DNA from: Eledone cirrhosa
Lineage: Eukaryota
Direction of reading: 5' to 3'
NCBI GenBank assembly: GCA_964016885.1
Contig: OZ024747.1
Span: forward strand, 25,296,001-25,360,000
DNA length: 64,000 nucleotides
How positions within the stretch are numbered: the first letter of the stretch is position 1; the number at the start of each line of letters is the position of its first letter. A model generated the notes under the pieces. That model was not told the origin of the DNA, ran no database searches, and saw nothing but the letters and a program-made list of their open reading frames with translations. Positions 50,790 to 60,699 of the stretch are shown in pieces. Position numbers and translations under genes: made by a program.

Positions 50790-53700
50790 CATCATCATCA
50801 TCATCATCACCGTTTTACGTCCGTTCTTCCACGCTAGCATGGGTTAGACGGGTTGTCCTGTTGTGGGCAGTGTCTGGTCGGCTGACCATGCCTTGCTCAT
50901 ACAGGAACTGATCTGGCTTGATTTCTACAGCTGGATGCCCTTCCTAACACCAACCTCATTTACAGTGAGTGCTGGGTGCTTTTTCGTGGCGCCTACACGT
51001 CCACTTTACAGTGTGGGCTGGGTGCTTTTTTGCCGTGGCACCTCCACGACCACCTTGCGGTGGGGGGGGGGGGGGGGGGGGGGGGCATATTGTTTATATG
51101 CTTCAGCATGTACCCATGGGAGGTCGGGTACCCTGTATTACTGCGTGACGCCAGAAGTCACGGTCGTGTGTCATTGACTTTGAGAGGTGTAGTTGGGTAA
51201 GGTCGGCTTTTATCACCTCATCCCAAGTCATCTTGGGTCTCCCCACTCCGCGGTTTCCATCAACTTCTAGTGCTCTGCACCTTTTTATGCAGCTGTCATC
51301 CTTCATACGCATCACATGTCCATACCAGCGTAACCGCCTCTCCTGCACGCAGCATTTGATTCCTCTTATGCTCAGTCTCTCTCTCAATTCATTTATGCTT
51401 TGTCGTTCACGTATATTACTGTTACACATCCATCGGAGCATGCAGGCTTCGTTTCTCTCTAATCTACGTAAGTCTTCCACCTTCAGCGCCCAGGTCTCAC
51501 TACCATGCAACATCGCTGTTCGGATACACGCATCATACAGTCTGCCTTTCATTCTGAGGGAGAAGCCTTTTGCAGCTAGCAGTGGTAGTAGTTCCCTAAA
51601 CTTCTTCCATCCCGTTCTTACCCTAGTTATTGTACTTTCTGAGCACCCACCTCCGTTGCTAATTCGGTCACCTAGGTAGCAGAAGCTGTCTACTGTTTCT
51701 ACAGGGCCCTCCCAGAGATTGGTGGTACTTGTTTCCTGTGGCTGTTTGCTTGCTGTTTCAGCACAGCTGCTGCATGTGAATCCTACATTCTTAATTAAGC
51801 TTCCTGAGATCCCGCTACATCTCTTGTGTACCCATTGTTTGCATTTGGGGCAAAGAATGGAGTTCCTACCTACACCTTTCCTACATACTGAGCAAGGCCA
51901 TTTCCCTGAGGGGATCTGGGTTCTGTTTTCTCGTCTACTTATAAGGACCTTAGTCTTTGTCATGTTGACTTTGAGGCCCTTTCTCTCTAGTCCCTGCTTC
52001 CAGGTTTGGAATTTATTCTCTAGTTCTACCATAGATTCAGCTATGAGTGCGAGGTCATCAGCATACAGGAGTTCCCATGGGCATCCGGTCTTAAACTCCT
52101 CCGTTATTGCCTGCAGGACTATGATGAACAGGAGAGGGCTAAGAACAGAGCCCTGGTGGACCCCAACCTGTACGCTAAATTCCTCGCTATACTCATTGCC
52201 AATCCTAACTTTGCTGACTGCTCCCCTATACATGGCTTGTACCGCTTTCACAAGCCATTCATCTACTCCTAGTTTTCTAAGAGCCCACCAGATTACTGCA
52301 CGTGGAACTCTGTCAAAGGCTTTCTCAAGGTCGACAAATGCCAAGTAGAGTGGCTTACTTTTAGCTAGGTACTTTTCCTGTAATTGCCTCACAAGGAAGA
52401 GCGCATCAGTGGTGCCTTTCCCTGGAACAAACCCAAATTGCATCTCGTCTATATTCACCCGGTCCCTAATCAGCTGTGCTATAACTCTTTCTGTTACTTT
52501 CATGACCTGGTCCATCAACTTTATACCTCTATAGTTTCCTCTATCTAGTGCATCGCCTTTACCTTTGTAGCAGTTGACAATGATGCTACTGCACCAATCT
52601 TTTGGTATGGCCCCCTCTAGTATTACCTGGTTAACGATACGTGTGGTTATAGTGTGACCTACAGACCCAGATGCCTTCAGCATCTCGGCAGCTATACCCG
52701 ATGGACCGGTTGCCTTCCCTATCTTCATATCTCTGATTGCCTTACTTACTACGCTGCCGCTGACTTGTACTGCTGGTCCCTCTATAGGGTCTACGTGGGG
52801 TAGGGTCTCTTCTTCCCATGCATTCTCCTCATTTAGTAATCTATCATAATGACTCTTCCATGCATCTTTCTTCTCAGCACTTGTGAGGGCAAGCTCACCT
52901 TTATCATTCCGGATACACTTCTCTCCAATGACATCACAACTATCTCTGACACACTGCCTCGCAATCTTGAATACCTCCTGTTTCTGGTCCTCACGTTGTA
53001 AAACATGCTTGAATTTTCTATCCTCTGCTTCCCTCCTAGCTAAGTATACTTGTCGCCTAGCTTCCCTCTTGGTCTCTATGTAATGTACCCTGCTCCCCCC
53101 GTTCTTCCATTCTTTCCATGCCTGTCTCTTGGCCTTGACTGCTTCATCTACTTTATTGTTCCACCACCAAGTCACTCTCCTCCTGCTTGAGGTCTTACTC
53201 CAGCCACAAACCTCATCCGTCGCCTCTAGTAAGTTATTTTTTAGGAACTCCCAGTTCTCTTCTACGTTAAATGTCTGTATCTGTTCTTCTTTACTGTCGT
53301 AGGCGTTGAGTAAAATATCTTTAAATCTGTTACTGGTTGAGGGGACTTTCAGCTTCCAGATCTTTCTTCTCCAGGTTGGCCTCTGTTTCAGGGCTCGTCT
53401 AGTTCTGACCGTGAGGTCGCTGACAACTAAGCTATGTTGGGATGTACATTCCTCACTAGGGAAGGCTTTTGTGTTTACGACCGTCCATCTGTCACGTCCT
53501 CTGATGAGAATAAAATCTAACTGACTAGAGTGCTCCCCTGATCTATAGGTGATCAGGTGGTTGTCGGGTTTTTTAAAGTTTGTGTTACATATCGACATGT
53601 CATTGGCGTCGCAGAATTCTAGAAGTCTGAATCCTTCCTCATTCCTTGTGCCAACTCCATGGCCTCCATGTACTCTATTGAAGCCGTCGCAGTGTTTACC

Positions 53701-54466
53701 TACGTGTCCGTTAAAATCTCCTGCAATGATTAGGAAGTCCTTGTCGTCTGTTAGAGCAGTAGTGTGTATTAGGGACTCGTAAAACCTATCCTTAAGTTCG
53801 TCTGGCAGCCCCGATTGGGGTGCGTAAGCTGATATTATTGTGGTAATTGTCTTATTCAGGACTAGTCTGAGTTTAATGATTCTTGCATTTACCCTGTACA
53901 CTGAGATTACTTTATCTACCCACTTGTCAGCTAATAGTATACCTACACCACCCATCCCATCGTCGTTTCCCACCCAGAAAAATTTGTAGCACTGGCTTTT
54001 TCCTACAAGGACTCTAGCAGACCCTCCTCTCCATCTAGTCTCTTGCACACAGCATACATCAACTTCCTTTCGCTCTAGCATTTCTACGATTTCTCCTGCT
54101 CTTCCTTTCATTGAGCCTACATTGATGGTACCAACTCGGAGTTTTGGGCATTTGTCGACACTCGTAGGGGAGGGTCTCTGGGTTGGCGCTTCACGTGGGT
54201 GCTTGGTAGCTCGCAGATTCATATTTCATCTATTGATTCAGAGTTGCTCGTGTATTCCCAGCTCATCCATCCATAACGGTGGGAAAATTGAGGGCTAGAA
54301 GGACAGTGGTGGTGGGGTAATGGCAGGGTGTGTTGGGATGCGCCAGAGGAGGAGAGAGTTAGTTAGGCAGGTAGTAGCAGCAGCAGCAGTGGAAATGGCA
54401 TGCTAGGTTTGATTGGTCGAATAGACTATGGTGGTGTGTGGGGGTGGGGGGGAGGGAAATTGTGAG
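50790..54466 (-). mobile_element. apparently intact RTE-clade LINE
   Basis: Single long APE-RT ORF, about 310-nt 3'UTR ending in a (GAT)n tail at 50790-50808. 5' boundary uncertain; no TSD found. Confidence 0.93.
51103..54222 (-). CDS. RTE LINE polyprotein (APE endonuclease, RT, inserted PHD-like finger), 1039 aa
   Basis: ATG start. APE motifs VGTINVGSM, QETRW, GDFNGHVG, LDFIL; RT motifs NYRGIKL, QFGF, FVDLEKAFDRV, GVHQGSVLSPLLF, YADD; RTE C-terminus RRLRWYGHVMR..GRP..W. Confidence 0.97.
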   Translation of the reverse strand: MNLRATKHPREAPTQRPSPTSVDKCPKLRVGTINVGSMKGRAGEIVEMLERKEVDVCCVQETRWRGGSARVLVGKSQCYKFFWVGNDDGMGGVGILLADKWVDKVISVYRVNARIIKLRLVLNKTITTIISAYAPQSGLPDELKDRFYESLIHTTALTDDKDFLIIAGDFNGHVGKHCDGFNRVHGGHGVGTRNEEGFRLLEFCDANDMSICNTNFKKPDNHLITYRSGEHSSQLDFILIRGRDRWTVVNTKAFPSEECTSQHSLVVSDLTVRTRRALKQRPTWRRKIWKLKVPSTSNRFKDILLNAYDSKEEQIQTFNVEENWEFLKNNLLEATDEVCGWSKTSSRRRVTWWWNNKVDEAVKAKRQAWKEWKNGGSRVHYIETKREARRQVYLARREAEDRKFKHVLQREDQKQEVFKIARQCVRDSCDVIGEKCIRNDKGELALTSAEKKDAWKSHYDRLLNEENAWEEETLPHVDPIEGPAVQVSGSVVSKAIRDMKIGKATGPSGIAAEMLKASGSVGHTITTRIVNQVILEGAIPKDWCSSIIVNCYKGKGDALDRGNYRGIKLMDQVMKVTERVIAQLIRDRVNIDEMQFGFVPGKGTTDALFLVRQLQEKYLAKSKPLYLAFVDLEKAFDRVPRAVIWWALRKLGVDEWLVKAVQAMYRGAVSKVRIGNEYSEEFSVQVGVHQGSVLSPLLFIIVLQAITEEFKTGCPWELLYADDLALIAESMVELENKFQTWKQGLERKGLKVNMTKTKVLISRRENRTQIPSGKWPCSVCRKGVGRNSILCPKCKQWVHKRCSGISGSLIKNVGFTCSSCAETASKQPQETSTTNLWEGPVETVDSFCYLGDRISNGGGCSESTITRVRTGWKKFRELLPLLAAKGFSLRMKGRLYDACIRTAMLHGSETWALKVEDLRRLERNEACMLRWMCNSNIRERQSINELRERLSIRGIKCCVQERRLRWYGHVMRMKDDSCIKRCRALEVDGNRGVGRPKMTWDEVIKADLTQLHLSKSMTHDRDFWRHAVIQGTRPPMGTC

Positions 54467-54536
54467 GTAGGAACTGAGGGTCGCATGGTAAATATCCAAG
54501 TTAATACTACATCAGTAAAATTAACAATAATAACGT

Positions 54537-55517
54537 CATGAAAAAAGCTACTAAGAGAAACCCTCGAAAATTTATCGCTAATACAGCAGGGAAAATTTAA
54601 CGCTAATACAGCAGGGAACATCATAATATTAACGACATGAAAAAGCTACTAAGAGAAACCCTCGAAAATTTATCGCTAATACAGCAGGGAAAATTTAACG
54701 CTAATACAGCAGGGAACATCATAATATTAACGACATGAAAAAGCTACTAAGAGAAACCCTCGAAAATTTATCGCTAATACAGCAGGGAAAATTTAACGCT
54801 AATACAGCAGGGAACATCATAATATTAACGACATGAAAAAGCTACTAAGAGAAACCCTCGAAAATTTATCGCTAATACAGCAGGGAAAATTTAACGCTAA
54901 TACAGCAGGGAACATCATAATATTAACGACATGAAAAAGCTACTAAGAGAAACCCTCGAAAATTTATCGCTAATACAGCAGGGAAAATTTAACGCTAATA
55001 CAGCAGGGAACATCATAATATTAACGACATGAAAAAGCTACTAAGAGAAACCCTCGAAAATTTATCGCTAATACAGCAGGGAAAATTTAACGCTAATACA
55101 GCAGGGAACATCATAATATTAACGACATGAAAAAGCTACTAAGAGAAACCCTCGAAAATTTATCGCTAATACAGCAGGGAAAATTTAACGCTAATACAGC
55201 AGGGAACATCATAATATTAACGACATGAAAAAGCTACTAAGAGAAACCCTCGAAAATTTATCGCTAATACAGCAGGGAAAATTTAACGCTAATACAGCAG
55301 GGAACATCATAATATTAACGACATGAAAAAGCTACTAAGAGAAACCCTCGAAAATTTATCGCTAATACAGCAGGGAAAATTTAACGCTAATACAGCAGGG
55401 AACATCATAATATTAACGACATGAAAAAGCTACTAAGAGAAACCCTCGAAAATTTATCGCTAATACAGCAGGGAAAATTTAACGCTAATACAGCAGGGAA
55501 CATCATAATATTAACGA
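54537..55517. repeat. tandem array, 10 x 98-bp monomer (block 1)
   Basis: Monomer catgaaaaagctactaagagaaaccctcgaaaatttatcgctaatacagcagggaaaatttaacgctaatacagcagggaacatcataatattaacga starts at 54537, 54636, 54734 ... 55420. The first copy has one extra A. Confidence 0.97.
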
Positions 55518-55833
55518 CAATATGTAGGCTAAAATACCTTCGTAGATTAGGTGGATGGCTGGCTGGGAAAATTTGAATCAGCTCTACTGGTACATTTTAG
55601 CAGAGAAGAATGGCAAAGTGTCTTATCTCTTCAATATTTTCAGATTGAATGAATTAGGTTAAAGACAGGGTAGTAAGCCTTAAAGAAGTGCATAGAGGGG
55701 GGGGGGGGGGGGGTAGGAACTGAGGGTCGCATGGTAAATAACTGAAAGAGATACAATAGGATTAGAATACCGCATGGTAAATATCCAAGTTAATAAGTTA
55801 ATACTACATCAGTAAAATTAACAATAATAACGT

Positions 55834-56814
55834 CATGAAAAAAGCTACTAAGAGAAACCCTCGAAAATTTATCGCTAATACAGCAGGGAAAATTTAACGC
55901 TAATACAGCAGGGAACATCATAATATTAACGACATGAAAAAGCTACTAAGAGAAACCCTCGAAAATTTATCGCTAATACAGCAGGGAAAATTTAACGCTA
56001 ATACAGCAGGGAACATCATAATATTAACGACATGAAAAAGCTACTAAGAGAAACCCTCGAAAATTTATCGCTAATACAGCAGGGAAAATTTAACGCTAAT
56101 ACAGCAGGGAACATCATAATATTAACGACATGAAAAAGCTACTAAGAGAAACCCTCGAAAATTTATCGCTAATACAGCAGGGAAAATTTAACGCTAATAC
56201 AGCAGGGAACATCATAATATTAACGACATGAAAAAGCTACTAAGAGAAACCCTCGAAAATTTATCGCTAATACAGCAGGGAAAATTTAACGCTAATACAG
56301 CAGGGAACATCATAATATTAACGACATGAAAAAGCTACTAAGAGAAACCCTCGAAAATTTATCGCTAATACAGCAGGGAAAATTTAACGCTAATACAGCA
56401 GGGAACATCATAATATTAACGACATGAAAAAGCTACTAAGAGAAACCCTCGAAAATTTATCGCTAATACAGCAGGGAAAATTTAACGCTAATACAGCAGG
56501 GAACATCATAATATTAACGACATGAAAAAGCTACTAAGAGAAACCCTCGAAAATTTATCGCTAATACAGCAGGGAAAATTTAACGCTAATACAGCAGGGA
56601 ACATCATAATATTAACGACATGAAAAAGCTACTAAGAGAAACCCTCGAAAATTTATCGCTAATACAGCAGGGAAAATTTAACGCTAATACAGCAGGGAAC
56701 ATCATAATATTAACGACATGAAAAAGCTACTAAGAGAAACCCTCGAAAATTTATCGCTAATACAGCAGGGAAAATTTAACGCTAATACAGCAGGGAACAT
56801 CATAATATTAACGA
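55834..56814. repeat. tandem array, 10 x 98-bp monomer (block 2)
   Basis: Same monomer at 55834, 55933 ... 56717, followed by the same ~240-bp unique segment as block 1. Confidence 0.97.
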
Positions 56815-57347
56815 CAATATGTAGGCTAAAATACCTTCGTAGATTAGGTGGATGGCTGGCTGGGAAAATTTGAATCAGCTCTACTGGTACATTTTAGCAG
56901 AGAAGAATGGCAAAGTGTCTTATCTCTTCAATATTTTCAGATTGAATGAATTAGGTTAAAGACAGGGTAGTAAGCCTTAAAGAAGTGCATAGAGGGGGGG
57001 GGGGGGGTAGGAACTGAGGGTCGCATGGTAAATAACTGAAAGAGATACAATAGTATTATCTTCGTTTTTTTCCGTTCATTGCCAGGGAATGTCTTCATGA
57101 ACCAAAGTATCGTCTTTCCTTTTTCCTTCGGTTGCACCGTTTTTTGAAATATTTACTTCTGCGTTCACAGATTGATTTTTTTTAGTTTCAGAAGATCCCG
57201 TTAAGGGTGAAAGCAGCAATTCTTTGCTTAAACTTTAATCTGTTATTTTAATAAATATTTGCTCTAGGGTTCTTATATATTTGATATATATTTATCCTTA
57301 TCGAGCCCTCTTTGGATTTTAGTCTTCACATTTATTATTATTACTAT

Positions 57348-57499
<152 letters not shown>

Positions 57500-59419
57500 T
57501 CAGGACTCTGATGGCTGAGCTCCGGCCCTTTCGACAGCTAGATATGAATATATATATATATATATATTGACAGAGAGAAAGAGAGAGAAATGTGTTTAGA
57601 TATACTGTATATATGTATATATTTATAAAAACACAGAGGTATATCATCGTTGAATTAACATTGAATAAATGATGTGAGCTGTAACTGCTAAAACCTGACA
57701 CTAATAACATTCCAAGCTGTTCATCTTGTTCAGTGTTGTTACACTAATAACCTTACTGAACTAATTCCATCAAGATTACACATTTTATTGACACAATGTA
57801 AAGCCATGGCTAGTTTCTCTAGTAAACCTTTTGATACCAACTCAACCATCTGGTTCTACGAAACAAAACAACCCATTTTAAAGGGTTCCTATTTAAATCA
57901 AAATCTTCAAACATAATTTTATATAAGAACCATATGTCAAATTAATATCTTAGCAATGAGATAATTAATAATTTTAATAAATCACCCCAAATTCCTCATG
58001 AATTAACTGAAATAAAGTGCATTTCATTAGAAATATGGTTATGAAGGAGTTTAAAAATAAACATACTCCCCTACACGAAATCATCACCTCAACATAATTG
58101 CTGAAAAACTACACAGAAATTTAAAGCTTTGATATTATAACCTCCAACATTTAAAAATCTTTTGCAACCAGTAAGCCATATCAAACCGATTCGTATCCAG
58201 TGACCTATATACCCCAGATACCTGTGGACATACTGGCATAGCTAACATAGCTTTTGTTGTAAATATGTGCTTTTATTACAAAGTCCAAAAGATACAGTAT
58301 CACACAGGAACACACACACATTATATATCGTGCTGATAAACACACACACACATTATATATAGCATTGATAAACACATTCACACACACATTACATAAAGTG
58401 CTGATAAACACACATTACATATAGAACTGATAAACACAGACTATAGATATCACAGACAGACACACATTACATATAGCATTGATAAAACACCATACAATCT
58501 ACATATAGTATTGATAAATACACAGACTACAGATATCAAACATAAACACTGGCACAGACATACACATACACACACTACAGATATTACAGTATCACACATA
58601 AACACAGGTTCAGACACACACATACACGCACACACACTACAGATATTACAGTATCACACATGATCACACGCACACATACATTACATATAGTACTGATAAT
58701 ATTAAACACTCAGAAATCAGTACATTTTGATGTGTCATTGTCTGTGTGTCTGAGCCAGTGTTTGTATTGGAGCAGGTGCAACAGGATACAGTATCTCTAA
58801 ATCAACCATATTTCCTCTAAACTTTTCTTCCACTCACTCAAGCGAACATCATGTCAATAACATAGTGAAGGCATATGGCCTAGTGGTTATGGTGTTGGAA
58901 TCAAGATCATAAGGTTGTGGGTTTGATTCTGGGGCCCGGGTGATATATTGTGTTCTTCAGCAAGACTCCTCATTTCATGTTGTTTTTCATGATAGGACAA
59001 GGGCCTCAATCATTAAAACACTCAAGAAATCTCCTCTGAGATGCAAATTCCTAAGAGGACAGCTAAACCTTTAAAAGTGTGAGTTGTAAATTTCATTTCA
59101 TAAAAATTGTGTTTATATGTTATAGTATTGGACATATGGCTCGCCCAGCGCGTCTCTCTCCCCATTCCCTGGGAAAACACCTTCTCTATCCTCTCTGCCG
59201 GTGCCATGGAGCAGACAGTCTGCCACGGCAGCAGGTGGGCCCCCATTTGTTCACAATAGTGAGAGATGGGGAGAGTGGGACAGATGGTGGCAGTGACAGT
59301 GGGAGTTTGGTTTTTTTGTGTTTGGACCTGGTGTATATATGTGTATATATGAGAGAATGAGTCTTTCCCACTACCATATAAACTTGTCTTATATGCAGTT
59401 CTGACAAGTGTTCCAGTTT

Positions 59420-59700
59420 TATGAACAGAACAATCTGCTTGGGAAATTAATGTATAAGTGACTGAGAATTCCACAGGCACACGTACCCTTAATGTAGTTC
59501 TCAGGGAGATTCAGCACGACACATTTTGTGATAAGCCTGGCCCTTTCAACTAAAGGTACAACTCATTTTTCCCAGCTGAGTGGACTGGAGCAATATGAAA
59601 TAAAGTCACTTGCTCAAGGACATCACACGCTGGTAGAAATTGAACTCACAAATTACGATCGGGAGCCAAACACCCTAACAAGTTAGGCCACATGCTTCAC
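59420..59700 (-). mobile_element. tRNA-derived CORE-like SINE
   Basis: Reverse strand reads gtgaagcatgtggcctaac..gagttcaatttc..gtccttgagcaagtgactttatttcatattgctccagtccactcagctg. Confidence 0.75.
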
Positions 59701-60668
59701 ATGCACAGATGTGTATATAGAACACAAAACTGCAGAGATAGAGTACAAAGAGAATATACAACAAGGAGTAATGGCTTAGACTTTCAAGCCATGCACTAGT
59801 TTTAGTGTTTATATATACTAAATGAATTTAAATATCGCAAACAAGTTTACAGTAAGAACATCCTAAATTCAGAAATGTGGTGTGTTCACACTTTGGAACT
59901 CTAAAGCTTCATTGACTCTAATGCCTTTCATAAATATGTGTTATTTAGCTAGGCTGCTTGTCTCCAATTGGATTTTTCCTTACAAAATTAGAGCTAGCAC
60001 CTTTATATATATATTTTAGTTCACTTGAATATAAAAATACATAAGAAAAATAAAATATAGAAAAAATAAACAAGAAGAACAAAAGAAGACCTCAAATAAA
60101 GCAAGACTAGTATATATTTCTCACTGTATAATGCCACACCTGAAGTAGGACACACAGATAGAGAAACTGACACACAGAAAATAAAATAAAGTCTTCAGCG
60201 ACACCACTTTTATGTTCACGTTAACAACAAGGATTTCAATCTTAAACATAAATATAAATTAACAAATAAAAATTCACCTGCATTTAAAAAAAAATTATAT
60301 TTTTAGCATTTCCTCATTTTAATATTGAGATACAAAGAAAAAGGTAAGCCCATATATATTAGGGTGGGATGTAAGAGTGACACTACACAAGCAAGTCACA
60401 TTATTTATGGAGGAGTGTTGTATGTGTGTTACAAATCTATATTTGAGCACATGGATGTGTATACATAGTCATATATCCTGGTATATTCATGTATATACAA
60501 AAAAGAAAATGTTGCCAGCAGCTGGCAACAATTTTTCCGTCTTTAAGGGTTTTTATCTGATTTTTATAAACTATTTTATAGCAACTGACTGTAATTGTAG
60601 TTATTTTCTGTGCCTGAGCATCCTACATATATATACACACATAAACACACACTCATATATATATATAT

Positions 60669-60699
<31 letters not shown>

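Noticed and set aside
51233-53782. Plus-strand ORFs (148, 209 aa and others) over the RTE
   Set aside because: Antisense shadows of the long RT ORF with no recognisable motifs. The same applies to the plus-strand ORFs at 22.9-26.9 kb and the minus-strand ORFs at 6.8-7.9 kb.
54537-56814. CRISPR-like array next to a reverse transcriptase
   Set aside because: The monomers are contiguous with no unique spacers, there are no cas genes, and the context is eukaryotic.
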